This document shows, one piece after another, positions 18,074-28,213 of a stretch of DNA of 64,000 nt. The stretch covers positions 3,744,001 through 3,808,000 of the forward strand of contig OZ242029.1 of assembly GCA_965205015.1 (NCBI GenBank), given 5' to 3'. The notes under the pieces are model-generated. The model had not been told where the DNA came from. It did no database searches and saw nothing but the letters and a program-made list of their open reading frames with translations. This DNA is from Candidatus Poribacteria bacterium (GTDB lineage Bacteria; Poribacteria; WGA-4E; WGA-3G). A program made the translations under genes and the position numbers. Each line of letters opens with the position of its first letter. The first letter of the stretch is position 1.

Positions 18074-18841
18074 CTATTTCCGTTTAAGTTTTGCCCACTG
18101 CGTCGCGAGTTTGTCTTGCGGTCCAACATCGAGACTCTCGGGTTCCATTTCGTTAACTTCGGCTTCCGTCAACGCAACGGAGTAAATGCGGGATTCTGAA
18201 ATGTGTGCGTTGAGGTCTCCGGGGCCCGCGAGTCCGCCTGTATGCCGTTTTCCCCAAATTATTTCAGCATCGCCTGTGGGCCAGGTCTTGATCTCACCCT
18301 TTTCATAACTCCCCAGGCTCTTGCCGTTGCGGTATCCCGTAATCTTGTAAGTTCCACCCTTATCTTCGTAAGTGAAGGCTAAGTAGACCTCTTCACCTTC
18401 TTTCTTCTCGTTGTGGGCTTTTGGAAAGTCCTCAGTGCGATGGAACCAACTGCTTCCAGACATCCATTGATTCGGTTGACGTTCGGCGTAGACAATCGCG
18501 TTAAATTGGTCCTCTGTGACTTTATCTAACGTGAGTGCTGAGCCTTTCGTTGCGGCGAGGCTATCCAGCGCGACCCATGTCATCAATGTCTTCTCTTCGA
18601 TGTCGGGTCCATCGTATTCGAGGGCGTGCGCCCATTTTCCTGTCTCAACAATCAGCTGGCCGTCTTTGAGTTCGGCACCGTGGAGATCTATGTCGTCCCA
18701 GTTCCCGATCTCGTCTTTTTCGCTATCGAATAGCCACCATCCAAGCAATTTATCTGCTTGCGCGTCCTGTGCGAAGACTGCGGGTGTTGAGAGGCTCAAC
18801 ATCAGCAGGACAGCACAGATATAATAGACTTTTCCTCTCAT
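18074..18841 (-). CDS. secreted LamG-like jellyroll protein with C-terminal VGPQDKLATQWAKLK motif
   Basis: Signal peptide; WWLFD, LAFTY...YRNG, ISESRIYSVALT motifs; GAGGAG RBS. Confidence 0.75.
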   Translation of the reverse strand: MRGKVYYICAVLLMLSLSTPAVFAQDAQADKLLGWWLFDSEKDEIGNWDDIDLHGAELKDGQLIVETGKWAHALEYDGPDIEEKTLMTWVALDSLAATKGSALTLDKVTEDQFNAIVYAERQPNQWMSGSSWFHRTEDFPKAHNEKKEGEEVYLAFTYEDKGGTYKITGYRNGKSLGSYEKGEIKTWPTGDAEIIWGKRHTGGLAGPGDLNAHISESRIYSVALTEAEVNEMEPESLDVGPQDKLATQWAKLKRK

Positions 18842-19301
18842 GGTCAATTGCTCCTCTTTGGGTTCGAATTGAGGTTCAGCGCGGATAGATTCCGTCAAGA
18901 ACAGAAAACAGGTTATGCTTCCACCCGCATCGGTAAATTATATACAATTATAACACATCGTTGAGACAAAAGCAAATGCATTTACATCACGGGTCGGGGA
19001 TATTCAGTTTTCAGCAATCAGCGGATAGTTTCGGGATTTGGAGGGTAAAATTGTCTGGATCAGGATTAAAGAATTTTCAGGATTAGAGAACCGTCTTGAT
19101 TGAGGATTGGCTTTTATAGAACAGGACTTACGCACATCGGATAAAAAAGGGATAGATTTCACCGAAAAAGGCGTTCCTTCAGTTGAAATTGTAAAGCGTA
19201 TTAATTGTTTGACACTCTCCGTTAGCGTGTGTTAGACTTTAATGACGCTCTGTTGAAGGTAGAAAAACTATCACCAAGTATAGCCAGAAAGTGTATCTGA
19301 T

Positions 19302-20276
19302 ATGACACAAGCCCCGGAACATCCGGCAGCGAGCAACCGACAGCAATACGATACTGTTTCAAAAGTCCTCATTCGTCAAAATCCCGACGACTGGGTCCGA
19401 TTTAGCCTCGGTATCCCAGATGCTATAGTGGTAAAGGTGCTTGAAAGTGAGCAGCCGACGGTCACATCTAACCGGGCAGATAGTTTCATACACGTGAAGG
19501 TTCGTGGCCAGGACCTCATTGTGCATTTAGAGATGCAGACGCACGACAGCACAGACGTGCCGATGCCCCGAAGGATGGCGGGTTATGTCGGTCGGGCGAT
19601 CGAATTCTTCGGGCTTCCGGTCCACTCACACGTTATCTATCTGCATCCGAGAGCTGGCAGCAGAGATCCCGGTGAATATAGGCAAAAGGTGCCGGGGTAT
19701 GAGATTCGCGTTCAGTATAAGGTTATCCGGCTGTGCGATTTAGAAGGCGAAGTGTTTCTATCATCTGGGATGAAGGGATTAATCCCGTTCACACCGTTGA
19801 TGAAACCTCCGATAGGTATGCCTTCAAACGACTGGCTTCGGGAATGTGTTCGGGTTGCGGAGTCTGTGCCGCAGGACGTGCCTGCAAAGGCGGATTATTT
19901 ATCAGATGTAGCGATTTTGAGCGGTTTAATATTTGATTATCCAACCATTCGTGAAACGATACGGGAGGCAATCATGCACGAATCATCAGTTATCCAACAT
20001 TTCTTGCAACAAGGCATAGAACAAGGCATAGAACAAGGCATAGAACAAGGCATAGAACAAGGCATAGAACAAGGGACGCGAAAAAGTCTTATTGAGAGTA
20101 TCCTCGAAAACTTGGAAATCCGTTTCAAGGTCTCCAACTTGCCAGTCGTGCGCGCAACGCTTGGAGATGTTGAAACGTTGCAGCAGCTGCGGCAATTGCG
20201 TCGCGAATCTCTGCAAGCACCGAGCCTTGATGCGTTCCGACAGGCTTTGGTTCGAAGCGTTAGCACCGGGGACTAA
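19302..20276 (+). CDS. Rpn family recombination-promoting nuclease / PD-(D/E)XK protein
   Basis: YD..SK, RADS, HLEMQT...MPRRM..Y motifs; C-terminal (GIEQ)n repeat and helical tail. Confidence 0.88.
   Translation: MTQAPEHPAASNRQQYDTVSKVLIRQNPDDWVRFSLGIPDAIVVKVLESEQPTVTSNRADSFIHVKVRGQDLIVHLEMQTHDSTDVPMPRRMAGYVGRAIEFFGLPVHSHVIYLHPRAGSRDPGEYRQKVPGYEIRVQYKVIRLCDLEGEVFLSSGMKGLIPFTPLMKPPIGMPSNDWLRECVRVAESVPQDVPAKADYLSDVAILSGLIFDYPTIRETIREAIMHESSVIQHFLQQGIEQGIEQGIEQGIEQGIEQGTRKSLIESILENLEIRFKVSNLPVVRATLGDVETLQQLRQLRRESLQAPSLDAFRQALVRSVSTGD
20010..20075 (+). repeat. 12-bp coding tandem repeat (CAAGGCATAGAA) x5.5
   Basis: Five perfect units plus a partial one, encoding QGIE. Confidence 0.95.
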
Positions 20277-20367
20277 CGCATTTGATGCAGGTGGTTATAC
20301 ACTTAACCTAAGTCGCTACCTATCAGATTTTAACGATAAGAAAAAAATAGGTGAACAAGAATAAAAA

Positions 20368-23010
20368 ATGAAACGATTGATGCCGTTACGACTCATCGTT
20401 AGTATTGGGCTTATCGGTGCGGTTTTCTGCCAAGAAATTTTTGCCCAAGAAAACGCCGCTACTCGAAGGATGACAGCGACCCTATCCGGGAGTGTTATCT
20501 GGGAGGGGCATGACCTCTCCCACACGAGTGTCTCAGTCTACAGAGATGAGGCACTCAAAGTGTTGTATACCAGCGGGATTCCACAGCTCGGCGATGGGCG
20601 ATTCACGATTCGCGTTGAGCCGGGGCGCTACTATATCGTTGCCTACGTTGATGTAGATAAATCGGGGCAATTTGATGCGAGCGACGGTTTGGGTATCCTC
20701 GGTATCTCCGATTGGAACGACCAAGGGCAAGGGTACCAGTTAATTGCGGTAGATAACGGACAGAAGGTTCAGGGTTTAGAGATTCCGATAACGGCGCGTG
20801 CGGCACGTATTAAAGGGGAACTCAAAATTGTTTCAACTTCTCAATATGAACCGAGTCAACTCCAGCAATTCCAGACGGCTTTGCGGACCGCAACATCTGG
20901 GTGTCGCGGTTCACTCAAGTTAGGTCAAGGTCCTGTGAATCCGCAAGCCGGCCTTGGAAACCGAAAGGCATTGATTCTGGCGTATACGGATCTATCTTGG
21001 AAATATCGTGCAGGTATCGCCCCAGTGACGGATACAGGCGCGTGGGCGTTGAACCTGCTCCCAGGGAAGTATTACCTGATGGCGATTGTGGACAACAATA
21101 ACACGAACAAATTGGATACGGGTGATGACTTCGGGTTCTACGGTGTCGAAGATATGCGGAAGCGCGGCGAATTCCCTGAACCCGTGCTCATCTCACCGAA
21201 CAAGTTCACTGAAGATATTGAGATAGCGATTACGGCAACCTATCAGACACGTAGACGGACGGCGGCCGAAAATACGAGTATATTGACGGGACATGTATCG
21301 CTACCTGAAGATGCAACGGCACGTGTTGAAGTATACGCTGAACCTGCCCTCGTCACACCGGTTGCGAGCGGCGAAACAGCGGCTGGCGGTATATTCCGCA
21401 TCGCACTTCCGCCGGGGGAATACTACGTTATCGTTAATTCTGATGCAGATAAAAACGGTAGATACAGTGAAGGCGACGGCTTGGGCGGTTATGGGACAGT
21501 GGACATCACGACACAACCCCCGGCTCCGATCGTCCTTATGGAGGGCGAGAACCGAGACATCGAACTTGTGATAAGCGCGCGTTACGACACCAACGGACAC
21601 CTTCACGCGGCACCCCCCGGCATTGAAACACATATCGAACAGGGCAGGATCGCAGGACGCATAACGTGGGATGGGCATTCCGTTCAACAGGGCATTTTGA
21701 CCCTCTCTTATAGCCCCGACTTCGAGGCACCCATCGCCATGCCAATTTCTCTGAAAGGAGACGGTAATTATCAAGTGAGCGTCCTACCGGGTATCTACTA
21801 CGTTATGGCAGTGATGGATGCAAATGATGACGGAACAACGGGTATCACCGATGGGGTGGGTATCTATGGCACGCGTCGTCCTGCACGGGGTGAACCTATA
21901 GCGGTCGGTGTATTTCCCAGACAGACGACGGCACATATTGATATAGATATCCTTGCCAGTTACATCGACGAAAAGGGGAACATGGCGGAAATCGAGGACG
22001 GCGGACGTTGGGAAATCAAAAAACAGTATGGGGAACCTGAAGATATTTTTAGGCTCACTCGGAATGGACGCATGAACGAGGAGTGGAAATATTGGACAAA
22101 GGGCATCGGTTTTCTCTGGAGAGCCAACGGAGCGGGTTGGGAATTCGGTGATGAAGAGCGTTTTACGCCGAAAGATGGCATTACCGCAGCAGCGGTATCT
22201 TCAACGGGACAATTGCCGGCGCACATCTACTTTTCCTATGACGATATCATCTGGGGACTTGCCTCGGACGGAACCAATGCGCCATTGGGTGCCGGACATA
22301 ACCCATCCGTTGCGAACGATGGCACACTCATCTTTCAAGACAGGGAAGGAAACGTCATCGTCCGGAGTCGAGAGCATCTCAACGGTGCGCTGCTACTTGA
22401 CAGTCGACAGATGGCACGGGATGTGGCAATATCGCCCGATGCGGATTATGTTGCCTATGCGCGTCCTGAGTATGGAAATCGGAGTCGCGTTATCATCCGA
22501 CATATTCCGACGGAATCCGAGTTTATTGTGCCGTCAACGGCGTTACAAAGTTTTACACCGGCATGGAACAGCGACGGCACAGTGCTTGCTTACGTCACAG
22601 CGGGAACAATCGAAAATCCGGATGCCGAAAGACACGCTCGGAACATTTACGCTTTTGACCAAGTGACAAAAAGCGTAGAGCCGATTGTGGTGTCCCCTGC
22701 TGATGATACGGAACCGACATGGTCCCCCGCGAATCCGAACCAATTGGCGTTTACGAGAACAGAAGGCACCTATCCCCAGGTCTGGCTCATGACCTACTCA
22801 GATGTAGGGGAACCGACGGAGCGGCAGTTAACGCAAAAAGGTGGCTCGCATCCGGTGTGGGTGCCGCCGGAGGGACGCTGGATCCTCTACGAGAATAATG
22901 GACAACTCTGGCAGATTGATACGCAGAATCCGGAAACAACTGAAGCACCGATGATGTCCAACGGACAGGTTGTGTTTGGGCACGAACCCGCGGTTTTAGA
23001 TTTTAAATAA
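20368..23010 (+). CDS. secreted multidomain protein: four DUF2141-like beta-sandwich repeats plus C-terminal TolB-like PD40 propeller
   Basis: Signal peptide; 4x PGxYY.....DxDxxGxxxxxDGxG-like motif; ISPD, PAWNSDG, PTWSP, PVWVP. Confidence 0.72.
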   Translation: MKRLMPLRLIVSIGLIGAVFCQEIFAQENAATRRMTATLSGSVIWEGHDLSHTSVSVYRDEALKVLYTSGIPQLGDGRFTIRVEPGRYYIVAYVDVDKSGQFDASDGLGILGISDWNDQGQGYQLIAVDNGQKVQGLEIPITARAARIKGELKIVSTSQYEPSQLQQFQTALRTATSGCRGSLKLGQGPVNPQAGLGNRKALILAYTDLSWKYRAGIAPVTDTGAWALNLLPGKYYLMAIVDNNNTNKLDTGDDFGFYGVEDMRKRGEFPEPVLISPNKFTEDIEIAITATYQTRRRTAAENTSILTGHVSLPEDATARVEVYAEPALVTPVASGETAAGGIFRIALPPGEYYVIVNSDADKNGRYSEGDGLGGYGTVDITTQPPAPIVLMEGENRDIELVISARYDTNGHLHAAPPGIETHIEQGRIAGRITWDGHSVQQGILTLSYSPDFEAPIAMPISLKGDGNYQVSVLPGIYYVMAVMDANDDGTTGITDGVGIYGTRRPARGEPIAVGVFPRQTTAHIDIDILASYIDEKGNMAEIEDGGRWEIKKQYGEPEDIFRLTRNGRMNEEWKYWTKGIGFLWRANGAGWEFGDEERFTPKDGITAAAVSSTGQLPAHIYFSYDDIIWGLASDGTNAPLGAGHNPSVANDGTLIFQDREGNVIVRSREHLNGALLLDSRQMARDVAISPDADYVAYARPEYGNRSRVIIRHIPTESEFIVPSTALQSFTPAWNSDGTVLAYVTAGTIENPDAERHARNIYAFDQVTKSVEPIVVSPADDTEPTWSPANPNQLAFTRTEGTYPQVWLMTYSDVGEPTERQLTQKGGSHPVWVPPEGRWILYENNGQLWQIDTQNPETTEAPMMSNGQVVFGHEPAVLDFK

Positions 23011-23091
23011 TCGCTTCTTGACCGCTTTTCACTGGGGGAGGGGTTTGTAACCCCGATTCTCTTGGAAAAACGAATTAAAAGGGGCACGCAA

Positions 23092-24399
23092 TTGAATCGT
23101 TTAAAAATCTCTGTTTTCATATTAATATTGTGTTTGATGACGGTAAACGTGGCGGGTGCGGAATGGCTGCTGATACCGATGGAGATCGGTGCACAGACGA
23201 ACCACCTCAAGGCTTACGGGCTGACGTATTGGGCATTAGAGGTTCCGCGAGAGTACCGATGCTACTGGTGGCTGAACTATCGTGGGGGCGCGTTCGTCCT
23301 ACCCGACTCGCAAGACGTGCGGATACGCGCGGCGTTGATGGGGGTGCGCTTTGAACCGATAAACCACGCCGATTACCTCAGTATAAAGGAATCTGTTCTC
23401 GAAGGTAGCAACATGGACGAGATTCTCTTGGAGAAAGCTCCCAAAATCGCTGTGTATGCGCCATCAGAGGCATCGCCCTATCGGGATCCTTGGGACGACG
23501 CGGTCAAAATCGCCTTGGATTACGCACAGATTCCGTACGACGAAATCTGGGACAAAGAGGTCCAAAACGGCGTGTTAGAAATAGAGGGATACGACTGGCT
23601 ACATCTCCACCACGAGGACTTTACAGGTCAGCACGGCAAGTTCCACGCCGCATTTTCCACACAGGTCTGGTATCAGCAGCGGATGCTGATGTTTGAAAAA
23701 GCTGCCACAGCAGCAGGATTCCAACGGGTGGCGCGGCATAAAGGGCAGACGGCACAGATGATCTCAGACTATATCGTCAATGGTGGGTTTATTTTCGCCA
23801 TGTGTTCTGCCCCAGAAACCCTTGACATTGCTCTGGCGACACACGGTGGCGCAATCGATATCGTTGCGCCTGAATTGGATGGGACCCCGATTGATTCGGA
23901 TGCCCAGACGCGGCTCGACTTTCAGCGTACTTTGGCGTTTGAAAAATTTAGCCTTTACACGAACCCATACCGATACGAATTCTCGGACATAGACAACCCG
24001 AATCCTGATCGGGATGCCCAGAGCGGGGTCGAGGATTTCAAGCTCTTTGAGTTTGCCGCAAAGCACGACCCGATCCCAACGATGCTCACGCAGAATCACG
24101 TAAGTGTCGTGCCGGGGTATCTCGGACAGACGACATCGTTTAATATGGACAAGATTCGTGGCTCTGTCACCATCTTAGGGCAGGTGGAAGGTAGCAACTA
24201 CGCAAAATACATCCACGGCAAATTAGGGAAGGGAACCTTTACGTTCCTCGGTGGACACGATCCGGAGGATTACCGTCATCTTGTCGGTGAGGGAAAAATA
24301 CCGACGAATCTTGATCTGCACAAACATTCCCCCGGTTACAGGTTAATCCTGAATAATATCCTATTTCCGGCGGCGCGAAAGAAACCGCAGAAGACGTGA
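23092..24399 (+). CDS. secreted conserved protein with class I glutamine amidotransferase-like region (homologs often labelled asparagine synthetase B)
   Basis: LIPM..QTNHLKAYG, WDDAV, YDWLHLHHEDFTGQ, FAMCSA, GGHDPEDY, SPGYRLILNN, C-terminal AxKKxQKT; TTG start 23092 (ORF track 23062). Confidence 0.65.
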   Translation: MNRLKISVFILILCLMTVNVAGAEWLLIPMEIGAQTNHLKAYGLTYWALEVPREYRCYWWLNYRGGAFVLPDSQDVRIRAALMGVRFEPINHADYLSIKESVLEGSNMDEILLEKAPKIAVYAPSEASPYRDPWDDAVKIALDYAQIPYDEIWDKEVQNGVLEIEGYDWLHLHHEDFTGQHGKFHAAFSTQVWYQQRMLMFEKAATAAGFQRVARHKGQTAQMISDYIVNGGFIFAMCSAPETLDIALATHGGAIDIVAPELDGTPIDSDAQTRLDFQRTLAFEKFSLYTNPYRYEFSDIDNPNPDRDAQSGVEDFKLFEFAAKHDPIPTMLTQNHVSVVPGYLGQTTSFNMDKIRGSVTILGQVEGSNYAKYIHGKLGKGTFTFLGGHDPEDYRHLVGEGKIPTNLDLHKHSPGYRLILNNILFPAARKKPQKT

Positions 24400-24420
24400 G
24401 AATGGTTATCGGTAAAAAAA

Positions 24421-26514
24421 ATGAAAACAGTTCTCGCAACGTGCAACCTGAATCAATGGAGTCTTGATTTTGAAGGGAACACGGCGCGCATCATTGAATC
24501 CATAGAAATTGCGAAAGAAGGTGGTGCTCGGTATCGGTTGGGACCGGAATTGGAGATTACGGGGTACTCCTGCGAAGACCATTTTCTGGAATTGGACACA
24601 CTTCTGCACAGTTGGGAATCACTGGCATGCATCCTTAAAAGCGGACGGACAGATGACATTCTGTGTGACATTGGGATGCCTGTTATGCATAAAAACGTCC
24701 GGTATAACTGTCGGGTTTTCGTATTAGATGGCAAGCTTCTGTTAATTCGTCCGAAGATGGTCTTGGCGAGCGATGGTAATTATCGTGAACATCGTTGGTT
24801 TACAGCATGGGAACGGGGGTGGACCACTGAACCGTATACACTTCCGCGCGAGATTGCCGAACTGACCGGACAGCGGGCGGTACCCATCGGCATCGCGGCG
24901 ATTGCCACCGCGGACACATGTTTGGCATCGGAGACCTGTGAGGAACTCTTTGTGCCGATGAGTCCACACATCCACTTCGGTAATGCGGGTGTCGAAATCA
25001 TAGCGAACGGATCAGGTTCTCACCACGAGTTACGGAAATTAGACACGCGCATCGCACTCATCAGAAACGCAAGTGCCAAAAACGGTGGGGTTTATCTCTA
25101 TGCCAACCAGCAGGGCTGCGATGGGGGTAGACTCTATTTCGACGGTTGTGCGCTGATCGCCCAGAATGGCGAGATTTTAGCGCAGGGTTCCCAATTCTCG
25201 CTCAAAGACGTAGAGGTCGTCACGGCGACGGTGGACCTCCACGACGTACGGGCATATCGTGGCGCGAAGGCGAGTCGGGCTGTACAGGCGAGCAAAATGG
25301 AACCCTTGCCACAGATAGATATTGACTTTGATTTTGGACCTGCGCACGGGAATAGGGTCCTGAACGTGAATCCAAAAATCGAGCCGCATACGCACGAACC
25401 CGAGGAAGAGATCGCCTTGGGTCCCGCCTGTTGGCTCTGGGATTATCTACGCAGATCGGGTGCGGCGGGGTATTTCATCCCGCTTTCAGGGGGTGCTGAC
25501 AGTGGTGCCGTTGCAACGCTTGTCGGTTCAATGTGTCAATTGGTGGCGAAAGCGATACGCGACACGGATGCCACGGTAATTCGCGATGTCGCGCGATGGC
25601 TGGACGCCGGTGAACCTCCGGACCTTTTCACGGATCCGCGCGTGCTTGCCAATCGGCTATTGTATACGTGCTACATCGGGACAGAGAATAGTTCTCGCGA
25701 CACCCAAAAACGCGCGAGGCAGCTTGCGGAACAGATCGGTGCCTATCATCTCAACATCAATATGGATGGACTCGTCAATGCACTGCAGAAGCTCTTTACC
25801 CGTATTACGCGGAAGACCCCTCGATTTAAGGTTGAGGGTGGTAGTTATAGAGAGAATCAGGCGCTTCAGAACATACAGGCACGGTTGCGGATGGTGCTGA
25901 GTTACCTGTTCGCGCAGATGATGCCGTGGGTGCGGAATCGGGAAGGCACGCTCCTCGTACTGGGGACGGGTAATGTTGATGAGGCATTGCGAGGTTACTT
26001 GACAAAATATGATTGCAGCAGCGGGGACATCAACCCGATCGGTGGGATTAGCAAACACGACTTACGCCGATTCCTGAATTGGGCTAAAGGTAACCTCGGT
26101 TATACGGTGCTCTCGGAAATTGTTGATGCACCACCGACAGCAGAACTGGAACCGATAACCGAAACCTATACGCAAACCGATGAAGATGATATGGGGATGA
26201 CTTACGCCGAATTGAGCCGTTTCGGTCAACTCCGAAAAATGGAGCAGTGCGGTCCTGTCAGTATGTTTGAAAAATTGGTACAGGAATGGGACCATCTGCC
26301 ACCGCACGAGGTTGCCGAGAAGGTCAAACGGTTCTTTAGGTACTACTCCATCAATCGACACAAAATGACGACGCTAACACCCTCCTATCATGCTGAATCT
26401 TATTCACCAGACGACAATCGCTTTGACCTGCGGCAGTTCCTCTACAATGTCCAATGGACGTGGCAGTTCAGACGTATCGATGCCTATGTTAAGAAGTTGG
26501 AGGCGGAGGTGTGA
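24421..26514 (+). CDS. nadE: glutamine-dependent NAD+ synthetase, eukaryotic (NADSYN1/QNS1) type
   Basis: Nitrilase-like domain with E (GPELE), K (RPK), C (TCEEL) triad; LSGGADS; QNIQARLRM. Confidence 0.95.
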   Translation: MKTVLATCNLNQWSLDFEGNTARIIESIEIAKEGGARYRLGPELEITGYSCEDHFLELDTLLHSWESLACILKSGRTDDILCDIGMPVMHKNVRYNCRVFVLDGKLLLIRPKMVLASDGNYREHRWFTAWERGWTTEPYTLPREIAELTGQRAVPIGIAAIATADTCLASETCEELFVPMSPHIHFGNAGVEIIANGSGSHHELRKLDTRIALIRNASAKNGGVYLYANQQGCDGGRLYFDGCALIAQNGEILAQGSQFSLKDVEVVTATVDLHDVRAYRGAKASRAVQASKMEPLPQIDIDFDFGPAHGNRVLNVNPKIEPHTHEPEEEIALGPACWLWDYLRRSGAAGYFIPLSGGADSGAVATLVGSMCQLVAKAIRDTDATVIRDVARWLDAGEPPDLFTDPRVLANRLLYTCYIGTENSSRDTQKRARQLAEQIGAYHLNINMDGLVNALQKLFTRITRKTPRFKVEGGSYRENQALQNIQARLRMVLSYLFAQMMPWVRNREGTLLVLGTGNVDEALRGYLTKYDCSSGDINPIGGISKHDLRRFLNWAKGNLGYTVLSEIVDAPPTAELEPITETYTQTDEDDMGMTYAELSRFGQLRKMEQCGPVSMFEKLVQEWDHLPPHEVAEKVKRFFRYYSINRHKMTTLTPSYHAESYSPDDNRFDLRQFLYNVQWTWQFRRIDAYVKKLEAEV

Positions 26515-28112
26515 TGCAGCTGACTTCACAAAACAAAAAGGGAGAGATGGAAGGATGGAAGGATGGAAGAAAGGTGTCCCCAATTTTCCACCCTTCCACC
26601 CTTCCAATCTTTCTCTTGGCGTTCATGGTTATGCTGAGCACGGCGTTCGGGGCACCCGATGTTCCGTTGAATTTAGATGGTTGGGTGGCTGAGGCACTCG
26701 CGAAGTTGGAAACCGATGGTATCACAGGTGGGTTCCATCGACACACGGCACCGCTTTCAAGAGCAGACGTGGCAGCGGCGATACGACAGGCTGAATCGCG
26801 CATTCGCAGCGACGGTGTCGTTCTGTCAACGATAGATCGGAAACTCTTAGAAAAATTGAAACGGGAATTCGCGAAAGAACTCAGGGTTCACGACGGAGGG
26901 CGGATGCGATTCCTGCCACAACTTCGGATGATTGAAGAAAAAGCGGCTCCGGCGTTTGAATGGGGATTTCACTATACACTTGGGCAACTCGAAAAACGAG
27001 AAGCACCGCGTCTAACCCTCTACTCTGAATTTGAGGGACATAACTTTGAGAGTCCACCCCTGGACGGGAAGACAGCGGGTCAACGCCTTGAACGCTGGCG
27101 TGGAGACTACACTGGCGACTTCAAGAGAGGGTATCTCCAGGTCAATAGCGTACACCTCGATCTACTTGTCGGTAGAGATTGGCTTTTCTGGGGTGCGAGT
27201 CCATACAAAACGGTCGGCATCTCCGATCACTCGCCACCGTTTGACCAGGTCCGACTCACCAGTAGACTCGGAAAACGACTCAAGGCGACGGCTTTCACGG
27301 CACAACTCGATTCAACGTGGTACGATGATGGAGAAAAACGCTATCTCGCGAAACGTTATATCAGCGGACATCGACTCGATTACCAATTCAACGATCGCGT
27401 GGAAATCGGTGTTGCGGAGTGGATACTTTACGGTGGCGATGCCCAGACGCTTGAATGGAAATATGCAAACCCGATCACCCTCTATTATGCGCTACAATAT
27501 AATGCCAAAGCGGACGACAACGTTATGTTCGCCCTTGATGCGGCGATCCGACCGATTGATGGGGTGCGTTTGTATGGTGAATGGGTCATTGACGATATCC
27601 AATACGTTCCCGGTGCGAACGATCCACATGCAGTGGCGTGGCTTTTAGGGGCGACTTGGTATCCGCAATACTTGGGTCGGCACCTCGGAATTCACAGCGA
27701 ATACGCACGCGTCAACCGGTGGGCTTACACGCATTTGGTGCCGGATAATCAGTTCACACACTTCGGCTACGCAATCGGACATCCAATCAGCACGGATTCG
27801 GATACAGTCCGATTTTCAGCCACCTATCAATTGACTGTCTCCGTCGATGCAGAGATTGGCGCTGCGTTCACCCGGCAGGGAGAAGGCACAATCGCAGATC
27901 GGTTTTATGGGGAAGACTTCAGGGGGCTTCCCTTTCCGACGGGTGTTGTTGCAAGAACAACAGAAATTGGTGGGCGGTTCTCCTATCGTCCATTGAATGG
28001 ATGGAATGCCTCGTTCTTATACGTATGGCACTACACGCAGAATGCTGAGCATCGTAAAGGGATGACGCACCAAGAGCATCGGCTGGCGATTCAGATGGGG
28101 TATCTGTTTTAA
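26511..28112 (+). CDS. capsule assembly Wzi-family outer membrane beta-barrel
   Basis: [37 protein letters not shown]-terminal GYLF. Confidence 0.78.
   Translation: MMQLTSQNKKGEMEGWKDGRKVSPIFHPSTLPIFLLAFMVMLSTAFGAPDVPLNLDGWVAEALAKLETDGITGGFHRHTAPLSRADVAAAIRQAESRIRSDGVVLSTIDRKLLEKLKREFAKELRVHDGGRMRFLPQLRMIEEKAAPAFEWGFHYTLGQLEKREAPRLTLYSEFEGHNFESPPLDGKTAGQRLERWRGDYTGDFKRGYLQVNSVHLDLLVGRDWLFWGASPYKTVGISDHSPPFDQVRLTSRLGKRLKATAFTAQLDSTWYDDGEKRYLAKRYISGHRLDYQFNDRVEIGVAEWILYGGDAQTLEWKYANPITLYYALQYNAKADDNVMFALDAAIRPIDGVRLYGEWVIDDIQYVPGANDPHAVAWLLGATWYPQYLGRHLGIHSEYARVNRWAYTHLVPDNQFTHFGYAIGHPISTDSDTVRFSATYQLTVSVDAEIGAAFTRQGEGTIADRFYGEDFRGLPFPTGVVARTTEIGGRFSYRPLNGWNASFLYVWHYTQNAEHRKGMTHQEHRLAIQMGYLF
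26543..26614. repeat. octamer-armed palindrome within the 5' end of the wzi-like ORF
   Basis: (GATGGAAG)x3 ... (TTCCACCC)x2-3 inverted arms. Confidence 0.7.
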
Positions 28113-28198
28113 TAGTTGTCAGTTATCGGTTATCGGTTATCAGTTAAAGAGGGATCTTGTCGCACCAAACCCTCTCTTGGCTGACAACTAACAACCAT
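28113..28198. repeat. heptamer-armed palindromic dispersed element
   Basis: TAGTTGTCAGTTATCGGTTATCGGTTATCAGTTAAAGAGGG...CCCTCT..GCTGACAACTAACAACC. Confidence 0.72.
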
Positions 28199-28213
28199 TT
28201 TGGGTGAACAGAA

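Noticed and set aside
19302-20276. Rpn gene as an IS/transposase
   Set aside because: No terminal inverted repeats or target duplication; the family is better explained as a nuclease toxin
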